64,000 nt of DNA from the human T2T-CHM13v2.0 reference genome, Homo sapiens. Location: the NCBI RefSeq assembly GCF_009914755.1, contig NC_060926.1. One strand, given 5' to 3'. A model generated the notes under the pieces. It had not been told where the DNA came from. It did no database searches and saw nothing but the letters and a program-made list of their open reading frames with translations. This document shows, in pieces, positions 1-17,420 of this stretch. The number at the start of each line of letters is the position of its first letter. The stretch's first letter is position 1. A program made the translations under genes and the position numbers.

Positions 1-1049
1 GGCATACTAGGAAACTCAACATAGTACATAACATAGATGGAAATGGTCTTATTTCACTGTGTCCCATAAGCCACTGGAGATGTCCTCTTGGGGCCTATGT
101 CCTGGGGGATCGTGATCCTTCAGAGTCCCCCCAGACTCCTGGAGCCTGCCAGGCACAGGACCTTGGGGAAAGAAAGAGCAGCATTCATTGGTGCTCTGAC
201 CTTCCCCTTGCGATCTGCCAAGGAGGCTGCTCTGGAGGGGCCCTTCCTGCCCATCAGTCCAGCCCTCCTAGTGGCTCCCCAATTATATCAAAGGCCAGGT
301 TCCCACTCCCGCCCTGCCTCAGTCAGGGGCCATCAATGACTTGATGAAAGTTAAAGCCACAGCTCTGAGATGCAGGAGTCAGCCCCCTGTGCTCACCCCT
401 GTAGAGCCTGCTGGGACAGTCAAGGCTTGGAAGTGAGTCAAGCAGGGAGTGGGGTGTGGGAAGGGGAGTGCAGAGATGGCAGCTCCAAGCAGCAACTGCT
501 TCTCCAGCCTCCTGTCACGGGGCTGCTCTCCTCCCTCCTGACACCCCCAGGACTGAGCCCACTATGCTCCAGGGCTCATTAAATGTTTACCTGGTTAAAG
601 CTTCAAGCTAGGATTAGGCAGGTTCTGGCTTGAGAAATCTGCAATGCTAATCAGGGATGGGCCAGAGGGGGTGATCTGGGATCCTGAGCCCCAGCAGCAG
701 CCCCTTTGTGGGGGTGGGGGGCCCTGAGTTAAGGGGTTGGGGGACAGAGGAACCCTGTGCCTGGTTTAACCATGTGTTACACACACAGTTTTTAGACATG
801 CCTTTGAGCGCTTTAAGTCCACTGGACATCCCGAATAGGAGACGCAGCTACTGTGAGTCCCCCTTCGTTTTCCTAAAAGGTCTCAGGGAACAAGTCCAGA
901 ATTACGGGAGGCACCTGCATCTACATCTGGCCAGAGAGCTGAGCCCAACGCAGAGCTGCTGGTCAGCTGCAGGGAGCCGCAGCTTCTGGAAGATTCTCCT
1001 TGTCATCATCTAAAGTGTTCTGGCGGAGTAACAATACTGCCAGTAAGAG

Positions 1050-1250
1050 CTGGCATTGAGTGATACTACGCATTGAGCTTTCAGACCATTTACATGCAGT
1101 ATTTTGTTTAATTTTCACAATGGTTGTGCAATGTAGGAACAATGAGGAAACTGAGGTTCACCCATGCAAGTCAGCACAGCCTGTAAGAGGCAGCAAAGCT
1201 GAACTAGGGCTGAGGTCTGACTTGAGGGCCTGAGTTCCTAACCAGCGTGC
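1050..1250 (-). mobile_element. MIR SINE relic
   Basis: ATGAGGAAACTGAGG is the reverse complement of the MIR core; the flanks match the MIR 5' and 3' parts. Boundaries approximate. Confidence 0.75.
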
Positions 1251-1324
1251 TGTTCTGAACTGCCTTCCAGGCATGAACAGTCTTTACAGATGACATCTGG
1301 GGGCTCTTTCAAGAAGAAAGGCAA

Positions 1325-1530
1325 CAAATGTGTCTACTGAGCACCTACTCTGAGCTGGAATTCTGTACTCATGTCTTGTCATCTTCATGACAGTCCTGTG
1401 TGGTGAATACTCTCATCTCCGGTTTACAGATTAGAAAACTGAACTTGGGGATAGTCAATGACTCACTCAAGCTATCAAACTGGGCTCCAAACCCAGGTCC
1501 GTCTGACTCCAGTGCCCATCACCTTCCCAC
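1325..1530 (-). mobile_element. MIR SINE relic
   Basis: TTTACAGATTAGAAAACTGA and AAACCCAGGTCCGTCTGACTCCAG match MIR antisense. Confidence 0.75.
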
Positions 1531-2584
1531 CAGGCTGATCTGAGTGTGTTTATTTGTGATTCTCACTCCACTTTGGGGGCTCCTATAGTTGCCCAACAAA
1601 ACCATTAAAAGGGGAGGAAGCCCCTGGGGGTGCCACAGAATCAAGGGGTAAAGGAACCATGAGTTCAGGCTGGGAAGTGACATTTCAGAGAATTTCTAGA
1701 AGTCCCCAAATCCTGGGAGTTACTGACCCACCTTTTGAAAAATCTTGCTTTCAGAGCCATTAACTCAGAGTGCCTGAGATATTAAATCCCGTGTTTTTAA
1801 AAAAAGGCTTCCAGGTGACAATACCAGACCAAGAGGCAGATGAAATTTGCTTAGATTCTCCTTCTCATTCTCTGAGTGACTTCAGGTAAGTCAATTATCA
1901 TCTCAGGGCCTCAGTTTCCTGATAAGACTTCTTAAAGCCCCTTCTACCTCTATTCTCTGATCCTGCAGTTGGATCTATCTCAGCCTAGGAGTGACTCCCA
2001 GTGGAGGTGTCTTGACACATTAATTGTGAAGCATATTGCAAATAGTTTGTTATTAATGTTGGATGTGTCAAAGTAGAGACCATTCAAGTACCATCACGCT
2101 CACTCATGATCAGTGAGCAGGGTAGAAGGAGGGGAATGATAACCAGCACTAGGAATGGCACAAGCACCCATTATTGGTGACCCATAGTAAATGTAGTGAA
2201 GGATCTGAGAATTGCAGAGCTGAAACATCAAGAAGGTGGCACAGAGGAAGTGCTATTTGTATTGGGTCTTTAAGGACAAGGAGTTTTCCAGAGAAGAAGG
2301 ACCTTCGAGGCAGAGGACACATTAGATCCAGACGGTCTTCACCAACTGTGAGGATACTACTCTGCCCAGCCCAAGATGATTGAGTCACTCCTACAACATC
2401 CTCAGGGGAGGCTTCTGAGTCTCTGCTACCCTTGGCAGGGTTCAAAGTCCAGAGTGAAACCGATCAAGCAGGCTTCCGATGCTCAGGGAGGAAGAGTTCT
2501 GGGGTTGCTGGGAGCAAAGGACATTCTCCTTCCTTCAGCAACTCCTTCCAGAGTATAAGACCCTATCCTGCTATGCCTTGTTTT

Positions 2585-2965
2585 CTGCCCAGACCTGCCC
2601 AGCCTTGTCCAGTCCTGCCCAGTCCTCCCCTACACAGCACTAGCAGCCCTGCCCAGTTCTGCCCTGGCCTGCCCAGTCCTGCTGAGCCTTGCCCAGTTCT
2701 GACAACTTCTGCCCAGTACAGGCATCCCTGCCCAGTCCTGCTCAGCATAGCCCAGTTATGCCTTGTTCTGGCCGGTGCTGTCCTGTCCTGCCCAACTCTG
2801 CTTTGCCCAGCCAAGCCCTGCTCAGCCCAGTTCACATTCTGCTCCATCCTGCCCAGCCCGTTCATTCCTGCCCAGTCAGCCCTTCCTGTCCACTCCAACC
2901 TGGCCCTGCCCTGCCCTGCCAGCCCTGTCCAGTCCAGTTTTCTGCCCAGTCCTGCCCTGCCTTGG
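2585..2965. repeat. Degenerate pentamer/decamer tandem array (CCCAG/CCCTG; CCTGCCCAGT)
   Basis: Repeated CTGCCCAG, CCAGTCCTG and GCCCTG units directly visible; C-rich on +, G-rich on -. Confidence 0.9.
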
Positions 2966-4555
2966 TCTGATTCAGGACTTAAAGGAAGCCTCCTTTCTGT
3001 AAGACACCCTAGTCATTCTCTAAGGCTATATCTGGGGACATGATAAGAAACAGCTCTACAAAACCCCCAACTACATCTATTTAAGAACATTGTTGAAAAC
3101 ATCGTTACTTTATGGGTTTTCTTTATGGAAATCCTTGGGAGAAGTTTCTAGCTGAACTCAATAATAGGAATTCTGCTTCTTTCAATCAATTGGATTGTTT
3201 TTACCTCAGGGCATTATGACTTAATAATGATAGTTCTTACTGCAGAGCCTCAAAAGAAAGCCAGGGGCCAAATAAATGACCCGTCTTTGTAAGTACATAA
3301 GTTTCAAGGTGTATATTTTTGCACTAACTTTTTCCATCTTACAAGAATGAAGGTTTTGCTCTCTGCTTCCTTTTTTTTTTTATTTTTTTTGTTTCATGGT
3401 TAATGTATTTTTCTTTGTAAACTGGCCTGAATTCTTCTTTGAAGGAAGCTGGACACAAGTAATGAGGAATATTTATTAAACTCACAGTTTTGGTGGTGGT
3501 GTAAGGATAGGGGGCCCCTACTTTTTCACACATCTGGACTGGGATGAAAGAAAGCTCCCCTAATGCCTGTGGGGCTGTATCCCACACACGGTGGCTGTGT
3601 GGGAGACTGGATCTCCAGAAGAGAAGAACTTCGCTCAGCAGGAAGTGATTGTACCCATGAGGAAGAACAACCTTGGAAGTGCTTACAAACGGGTTGTATT
3701 TGCTTTAGGACTTTAAGAGAATCAGGTTTTAAAAGAGATCTGCAAAAGATAATATGATTGACAGCTTTATGTTTCTTAGGTGCAGAGCTCACAAAGCAAG
3801 TAATCATTGTCAGATGATTAGCTCAAGGCAGGGGAAGGAGGAGCCTCATGGACACAAGAGGGAAAAAACAAGTGAACACCAAGTTGCATGCAAGGGACAA
3901 AATGTACTTCAATGTCTTTTTCACCATTATTTAAAAAAAAAAAAAAAAAGCAAACAGACTTCATGAAGGTCCTATCTTGGGGACAGTCTGAGGGTATCAC
4001 GGGGAGAAAAGGTGATTTTTTACTCCCAGTGACCTCCCATTCTGGTTGGAGAAAGAAGTCAGAGAGATAAAAGTCATATGGCACAAAGTTGCCTATGCTG
4101 AGTGTACAATTGGCTATGGGGTATCATGCGGAAGGCCTTCAATCCAGGAGTCTTAGGAGCTTCATCTGACTCTAGTGCCAAGAATGGATGGGAGCATGCA
4201 GAGACCAGAGTAAGAGGCCAGCTATCCTGGACTCTAACAGCAATCCAGGAGTCCAGCGGGGTGGTGACAGAGGGGGCAGAAAGGAAATGATGAATTCCAG
4301 TTGACCAGAGACAAAACAGAAGGGAGTCTCATCACACATGCTTTAATCTACAGATTTGACCATGGGAGAGAGAGGAAAAAAAAAACAATGTAAAATTTCC
4401 AGGCTCATGTGCTCCTCCATGAACCAGAAGCTATGAAGCTGCAAGTCCTTCACTTGGTCTCAGCTCCCACATGCCTCTCACAGTGTGAGTGCCTCATGGC
4501 AGGACTGGAAACGTCTAATGTGTCCAAGTCCTTTGTTACATGCAGTGTGGATCAC

Positions 4556-4674
4556 AAAATTCCTTAGATCACCTATAACATGCAATGTGTATGGCTTTGT
4601 GAAGACCCAAAGAAATCTAAGAAGTCTTTGTGTCTTCACAGGTATTGTATGTTATAGGTGATCTAAGGAATTTT
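4556..4674. repeat. Near-perfect inverted repeat (hairpin)
   Basis: 4556-4586 is the reverse complement of 4644-4674 at 30/31; 4598-4613 is the reverse complement of 4625-4640 at 15/16; 11-nt loop. Confidence 0.95.
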
Positions 4675-4929
4675 CAAGCTGTAATTTTCGCCTTCCCCAC
4701 TTCAGACTAAGATAAGATGCGACTCAGTAAAAATGTCTAGTAGGTGCTTGATACAATTTTGATGACTGAGTGAATGGCTGGCCAAAGAGAAGAAGGTGGG
4801 GATGAGAATCAGCCTCACGTTGGGATCTGGGGTGATTAAAGGAGCCTCAGAGATAATCATAGAAGCCCAGAGTTGCAGCTGGTTTTGAAGAAATGTCGGC
4901 AGGCCTCATTCTTTGTGGTGTTCATGTCA

Positions 4930-5215
4930 CGGCTCCTGTTGTTTCCCTAGCATAAAGTTCCTATCCTCTTTTTCCACATGAACTACTCGTCTTTCAAGAC
5001 CCAACCTAAACATTACATCCTTAGGTGAGCCTTTTCTGAACCCACAGTGCAGACTTAGTTACTGTGTTCCCATAGTATATGTTTCTATTATAGAACCTAT
5101 TAACAAAGCTTTATGGTCATTTATTGGAGTATGTTCAGCCTCTACTGGTCTGGAATCACATTAGGAGCTACTTGTTGCTTATTATTAATTTCCCAAAACA
5201 GTGCCTGGAATGGAA
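4930..5215 (+). mobile_element. L2 LINE 3' fragment
   Basis: L2-like TCTTTCAAGACCCAACCTAAAC...CCTTTTCTGA and terminal ACAGTGCCTGG. Confidence 0.6.
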
Positions 5216-5380
5216 ATTGAGTGAGTTTGGCTAGAGAGAAGCTGAGATTGGTAAAACACCCATCATAGGAGACTAAATTATTGGTCCTAATTTTTCACCC
5301 CCTCTCACCATAGTAGAACCCTTGCACTGTGGCCTCAGGAAAGGGCAAGTGGGCTTTCCTGACACTGATTCTGATCTTAT

Positions 5381-6017
5381 CCAGCCATCTTCAAAGTGCG
5401 GAATGCAAACATCTGGAAGGGGGTGGTCCCTGAAATACTTTTAGAAAGGCTGCGTGTTCAAAACTACTTTTATAATAATACTAAGACATTGTTTGTTCTT
5501 TTCACTGAGTTGACATTTCCACTGACGGTGCAGAAGCAGCTTTGGGTGAAAGTGCCGGCACCTCAGCAGGTATCCAGGCTGTGCCACCAAGCTAAATCTA
5601 TAGTCATTGTATATACCTCACTGCCATTCACTCTCAGTAAGGGAAAGTGCCAGTTTGTCTACAAATTTCCCTGATGAAGCAGTAAACAAGATGCATTTTA
5701 TTAAATCTTGATGCATGAGTAAACGTTTTACTAGTGTGTGAAAAGAAATGGTAAGTAAGCATAAAGCACTTGTGTTACACACCCAAGTACTATAGTGGTC
5801 ACAAGGAGAAGCATTTGTGTGATGGAGGTGCAAGTGGTCCCAGCTGCTTTGTCCATGGAACACCATTTTCACTTGAAAGGATGACTAGCAAACAATGGTA
5901 GCTTGGCAGACACTTGGTCAGAAACAGAGACTGTCACTTCTAGGAAAACACCTGACAATACCTGTAGCTAATGATACAATTTGAGCTTCCAAACCAAAAT
6001 GAGGATTTTGTACAGCA
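5381..6017 (+). mobile_element. hAT-Charlie DNA transposon (Charlie2-like), 3' truncated
   Basis: TCAAAACTACTTTTATAATAATACTAAGAC motif; the remnant HKALVLHTQVL*WSQGEA (~5760-5815) resembles the Charlie transposase motif HKALLLHTEVRWLSRGKA. Confidence 0.8.
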
Positions 6018-6392
6018 TGTTGTATCGGTGTCCTCAAGAGTGTGACAGGCCCCACCTGTCTTCCTTTGCCCCACACTGAGCAGCTGATGAGAAAGCCCAG
6101 GTGTTCTCTCCCTGGGTGCCTGCAGAGAAGTTCAAACCACACAAACCCTGGCTGTGCACAGAACTCACTCTGCTTCTGCCCCCTAACCACAGTAAAAACC
6201 AAAGCCACTGGCCCCTGGATTTAAAGTCATTTCAGACCACCTTGGGGGCCTGCCCTGCTCTCTCCAGAAAGCCTCAATCTATGAGAAATGAATGTTTTTG
6301 TGCCCTTTCTGGACATGTGTAGCATCCTCAGCATTGACATCCATGCCAATTTTGAGGGATTGATCCTGCCCTCCATGAGCTACCACAAGACA
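6018..6392 (+). mobile_element. ERVL-class 5' LTR (MER54/MER73-like, partial)
   Basis: CCTAACCACAGTAAAAACC...GCCTGCCCTGCTCTCTCCAGAAAGCCTCA...CCACAAGACA. It ends in CA and is followed by a PBS-like TGG at 6398. Confidence 0.65.
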
Positions 6393-10910
<4,518 letters not shown>

Positions 10911-11022
10911 CTCACCCAACACTCACCACCTTCAGAGTTGCAGATGTTATTGATAGTTACCAAAGCACTCATTTCACTCTCAAAACTCAGAATGCTGGGT
11001 CATAACCTTGCTTTCCATATGC

Positions 11023-11140
11023 TATGAATTTATTTATTCTTCAGGGATCCACTGAGTACCTTCTATGATCCAGGTACTGGGTTAGGTTCTGGGAATACAA
11101 TAATGAATGTGGCTAACACAGCCTTTGCCTGCCATGACTC
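11023..11140 (-). mobile_element. L2 3' end
   Basis: CACTGAGTACCTTCTATGATCCAGGTACTGGGTTAGG matches the antisense L2 tail. Confidence 0.6.
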
Positions 11141-11476
11141 ATTTATTTTGTTGCCTGAGCATACATATATATAAAGATTTCGTTGCAGTAGATGTGGTCA
11201 GAAAACACCTGAAGACAATTATGTCCCCATTTAAAAGCAGCACTGGTGAGTCGTTGTATCTAGAGACTGGGAACAAGAATCACGAGGCATCAGGGAACCA
11301 CGTCAGCCACATTTCTCCTGGAGAAGAGAGCTCTGAAGGGAGGCATGACAGCTGCCACATCGTGTGGAGAGCCACCACATAGGGAACTCCCTTCTCCCTT
11401 GATACTCCAGAGGCAGAAGGATGATGGGAAAGCAGATTGTATTTCAATTTTGACAGGAGAACTTCCCAACTATTAG

Positions 11477-11829
<353 letters not shown>

Positions 11830-11944
11830 AGAACTTTCTAACAATGAAACGGACTCCCTCTGAGATGCCAATGTTTCCCCACAAGATAGTAAGATCCCAG
11901 TGAAGAAAGGTGATCAAATGGAACCTTATATTCCTTGGGCCAGG

Positions 11945-12282
11945 TTATGGGTCAGTCACAAGATTGCAAAAATTCCATAGCTTAATATGGCAAAAGTTTA
12001 ATTCCTCACTCATACTACACATCCATGTGGAGCAGCAGGGGTCTTTGCTCACTGTGGTGTCACTCAGCAAGCTGGTGACGTACATGTGAGCATCCACGAT
12101 TGCCCACAAAAGTGGGAAGGGAAAGGCCCTCTTCGAGACCATTCCCAAGTGACGTGATCCTTTCCTCATATTTCATTGGCGAGAGTACATCACACAGCAC
12201 AACTACACAACTACTTAAAAGAGTTATGCTCAGAAAGCCGAACACCAGGAGTATCTGGAGAACAGCATTAATGACAATCATA
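11945..12282 (-). mobile_element. Ancient MaLR (MLT1-type) LTR
   Basis: AAAGTTTAATTCCTCACTCATACTACACATCCAT and CTCATATTTCATTGGC are typical of antisense MLT1 LTRs. Confidence 0.55.
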
Positions 12283-12854
12283 AACTTCAATCTCTCCATC
12301 ATATCTGTCCTACCTACTTTGCAGGGTGACTGAAAGGATAAAATCATGCACATGGAACCTCTTCATAAACAATAAAGTGCTATGGAAATGAAAGGATGCT
12401 GGTGATGCTCAGTGCATCCTGTTTTTGCGCTTCCCTTAGTACCTAGCACCCTGCCTGGGACATAGTAGAAGCTCAATGAATGTTTGCCGAAAGACTATAT
12501 GATTAACAAGCATTCTGAGTTGATCTGATTTCTCATTGGGGGAATTTGACTTTGGATGTACTTAGGCGAAGGTGGCTAGCCAATCATCATCTATCAGTAT
12601 GTTGAAAAACAGATGCCTCTGTTTAGATGGAAAATAAATTACATGATCGCAAAGCCCTTTTTAACAACGACAAAAATGCGAACTGCACATTTTTTTCCTC
12701 GGAAACATAATCATTATATTATCCTAAAATAAGGGCTTGGGTTTCATGGCTTGTGAAAGAGTTTTTATTCTTTCTAATAAACCCCTCCCGAACCCACTCT
12801 ACTTTGTTGCTTTTATTACCTTGAGAGCACGCAACACTCTCTGAACTTTATCTA

Positions 12855-13541
<687 letters not shown>

Positions 13542-14179
13542 TCAAAAGGAAGAGGAACCTTATTGGTAAACACAGCCCCTTTAGGGAAATAACATTGGCC
13601 CTCAAAACAGCAGTTTTCTGCCGAGGTGGCATTTTTCCCAACACATTATGCAAAAGCCAGTTGGAGAAGATGCTGAGGACTGTTATTTCCTAATTTGATT
13701 CTGCCATTTCCAGTAATGGAAAGCTGCACTCCAGCCATCCATCTTAATAAGTGACAGATGCATTTCATTAAAACTTCCTTAAATAATTTCTCATGGTTTT
13801 AGAAGGATGGAAAAACAAGAAAGAGTGCTGTTTTGTGCTCTCTGGCACGTGAACATTTTGAGAGCCATTAAACAAAGCAAGAGCTCGTCTTAGGTTGAGA
13901 ATTTAGTGGTCAACTGATGCCAACCCAAGTGTGTTACTCAAATGCAGTTTCTCATTGGACAAAGCCGTGAAAGTCTGTTAGACTGTGTTCTGCTGAATGA
14001 GTACTAGTAGTAATCACACTATTATTTATGAATGATTTGACAATTCATATTGCACTGTCCATCCCTAAACACATTGCAGAGTGGAGATGGGTAATTCTGT
14101 AAATAGACTCTTCTCCATTTTGCAGCTCTCTGCAGGTAAACAGATACGAAAAAAATCTACTAAAGTGAAAAGAACATTG

Positions 14180-14390
14180 TACTGGATTCAGGGGATTTCA
14201 TTTCTAGTCTTGTTTCTACTGCTTCGAGCACTGCGGCCTTGGCCAAGTCAGTGACTTAATCTCTCTGTGTCTCCATCTCCTCCTTTGTATGGCAAAGATA
14301 TAATTCTTGTCAAACAACCCCACAGGAATACTGAGGATTAAATAAGACAATAAAGAGAAAACCATTTCTAAACTATTAAGAAACTTTCAT
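14180..14390 (+). mobile_element. MIR SINE relic
   Basis: GGCCTTGGCCAAGTCA..CTTAATCTCTCTGTGTCTC and TGAGGATTAAATAAGACAAT. Confidence 0.7.
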
Positions 14391-14521
14391 AAAAAAAAAA
14401 AAAACACCTGCATGAGAATAGGGATTTTTTTTCTCCCCTTTTTCCCACTCCCATATCTCCAGTGCCTAGAACAATACCTGGCACACAGGAGGTATTCAAC
14501 AGACATCTTCGGATTTATGAG

Positions 14522-15030
14522 TGTGATGGTTATTTTATATGTCAGCTTAAATAGGTCACGGGGTGCTCAGATATTTGGTCAAACACTATTTTGGGTGTGT
14601 CTGTGAAAGTGTTTCTGGATAAAATTAACATTTGAATCAGTAGACTGAGTAAAGCAAATTGCCCTTCCTAGCATGAGTGGACTCCATCCAATCAGTTGAA
14701 AACCTAAATAGAACAAAAAAGCTGAGCAAGAGGAAGTTTCACCTTCCTGACTGCTTGAGCTGGGACATGGGTCCTCTCCTGCCCTCAGACTGGAACTCAC
14801 GTCATCAGCTCTCCTGGTTCACCAGCCTTCAGACTTGGAATGGAACTTACACTACAAGCTTTCCTGGGTTTCCAACTTGCCAACTGCAGATCTTGGGATT
14901 TCTCAGCCTCCATAATTCTGTGAGTCAATGTCTTATAATAAGTTTATTTTGACAGACAGATGGTTGATTGATTGGTTGATCTCCATTCATCCTATTGGTT
15001 CTGTTTCTCTGGAGAACCATGACCAGTACA
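14522..15030 (+). mobile_element. MLT2 (ERVL) solo LTR, complete, inserted in an L2 tail
   Basis: TGTGATGGTTA...CCTATTGGTTCTGTTTCTCTGGAGAAC..TACA with TG...CA termini; exact 5-bp TSD ATGAG at 14517-14521 and 15031-15035. Confidence 0.93.
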
Positions 15031-15479
15031 ATGAGTACAACACAATAAAATGGAAGGTGTTATTAATAATAAGCCATTTGAGTTGCCTTGACCTTCTAAG
15101 AAGTAGACACAATGAACTTAAAGTTGAGACTAAGAGAAATAGGATAAGAAAATTCACTCGTAACTCCAGAGGTATCATTTTACACTTAAAATCCCAGGCA
15201 GGATGCTTCAAGGCTGTGTGGTTTACGTAAGCACTGTTGTGCTACTCTCTTTTGAGCTCTCATTCTATACTTAGCAGTGACATGCAGCATCTCATTTAAT
15301 CCTCACAAGCCTATTATTATCCTCACTCTACTCTCTTATGAGAAATGCTGAGTCTCAGAAAGTTCAAATAACTCTCCCAGTACCACAGCTGGTGATGGAG
15401 TGGTGGAGCCAAACTAGATTCCCAACCACTGTGCCACTGTCTCGCAGTTTGCAAGTTTAATGGCAGAATTACGGTTGCA

Positions 15480-16030
15480 TCATTCAGCATGCATTGTTAG
15501 ATGTACTAATCAAATCCACATCAAATGGACTTAAACATAAAGAGAATGTATTGATTCATAACAGAAAAGCACAAGGGAGAAGGGTCTTTGGTGCAGCTTG
15601 ATCCATGCTCCTGTTCTGTTTCTCTGGTTCTGCCCTTACTCATGTGAGGCTTCATCCGGTTTCCCTCATAGAAGCAAAGTGGTTACAGTGATTTCAACAT
15701 AATATTCATGCCCTACATCATCCAGAGGGAAAAGAGAAGTGACCCTTTTCTTCTCCAGAACTTGAAACAGACAGATAAGCTTCACTCTGATTTGGACCAA
15801 CTTGAAAGAATCAAAGTGGCCAAGGAATGGCCATGCACTGATTAGCTTAAGCCTGGGTCATCCTCCAGTCCTAGACCAATGCCCAGGCAAGGAAAATGAG
15901 CTTACGGTAATAGGCCCAGGATGAGGTAACCCCCACCTCAGCTATATCACAAGAAGAAATTCTGGTTGCTGTTAGAAAGAGGGGAAAGCAGGATAGGATG
16001 CTAGGTGAGCAACCAATAGATGTACATTGT
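15480..16030 (-). mobile_element. MLT1J/K-like MaLR LTR
   Basis: CAAATGGACTTAAACATAAAGAGAATGTATTG at the start and GTTGCTGTTAGAAAGAGGGG..GGATGCTAGG..ATAGATGT at the end. Confidence 0.65.
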
Positions 16031-17189
16031 GACAGTCAAATGACTAGTCCCCCTTTCCCTCACCAACAATGTGTGAGGAAACTTTCTTAAGTAGTGACAA
16101 AGAACCTGTATTTTCTCAGTACTATGAACCAGCTGTGGCCCCACTAGCTGGCATCCATGCTCCCTTCCAATCACTCAATAGTCCAACAAACATGAAAGAA
16201 GCACTTTAGTCTGTACAAGCACCAGTGGTCATCAGTGGTCTGACATTCAAAAATAAGATAAGATCTTGTCTTCAGAGGACTTGTAGTCTGGTAAAACTGG
16301 AAACTGACCACAAGGAGAGTAAGGGGCAGGAGAGGAGATAGCTGAGAGGAGGATGGATGTGCATGCAATGGGCAGTTGGGGTGTGATCACCTGAGTAAGG
16401 CAGACCTCTCAACCCTTTCTTCTGCAGGGCAATCAGCCTGAAGCATTTAACCTTCCTTCAGAGCTTATTTTATCATTCCCACTGCCTTCCTTTGAACAAG
16501 TGCCTAGTTCCCCAGCCCTTCTCTTGGAGCCCCAAGACACGTTCCGGTGCTCTGAGGGTCTCCTGATCCATGCTGAGTCTAATCCCACCCCCTGCTCCCT
16601 TTATAAAGCACATCTCTTATTTATTCATGCTTGGCTTATTTGCTATTTCCTTTCATTGTAGACACTGGGGAGGGGCTGTGTTTAAATACTCTTATTTGAA
16701 GTCTACCTAGAGCACAGTGGCTGTTCAATATGAGTCTGTTAACAATAGTAACTACATTGATAAAGGATTTCAATCTCTGGAGCTATTAATCAAGTGCTTT
16801 TTACCAATTCTAAATTCATTTCATCCTGAAATATTTATAGTTCTTGATTGCTGGCAAATAGTTCTAGTTGTTTATTTTCTACTCACTGGTACAGTGAGAT
16901 TAGAGGCTGGACCTTTTCTCTTTCTCTGTTGTCCTATAGGTTTTTCAGTCCTAAAAGCTTAGTCACCAAACCTCATGAGGTTTGGAGAGGGTAAGGCTTG
17001 ACTACCCACATTTTGATGGATGGAACAAAACCCGTGTACAGAAATAGGATGCATCATACCTAGGGTACCCATAGCAAAACCAAGCCTACAATTTCAGTTA
17101 CCAGATATGCCTTAGCTACACTCAGTGTCTTCTCAGGAACAGAGTCGAGGAGTGGCTGAATGCATCACAGGCAGGAAGGGAAAAGAAAG

Positions 17190-17420
17190 GTGTTTACTGG
17201 ACACTTGCTATGTCACATACTTTGTCACATGTTTTCATGTGAACCATATCATTTATTTCTCTCAATGGTCTTTGAAAGATAGGCATAATTATTCTCATTA
17301 CATAAAAATGTAAGGAAGGAAAACAGAAGAATATAAGGGTCAGAATTATTTAACAAACTTTCCCAGAACTAATGACTAGTAAAGCTGGGATTCAAACCCC
17401 AATCTCACTCCAAGCTCTGC
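17190..17420 (-). mobile_element. MIR SINE relic
   Basis: TTTACTGGACACTTGCTATGT...GCTGGGATTCAAACCC. Confidence 0.65.

Noticed and set aside
667-745. G-tract cluster as a promoter G-quadruplex
   Set aside because: Four G runs are present at 710-743, but there is no CpG island or other promoter evidence and such motifs are common.
2585-2965. A true immunoglobulin switch region
   Set aside because: Only about 0.4 kb, poor in GAGCT, and no Ig constant exons are seen in the window.
2432-3043. 203-aa Pro/Cys/Ser-rich ORF and the overlapping ORFs
   Set aside because: A by-product of the stop-poor pentamer array. Several frames and both strands are open and there is no recognisable domain.
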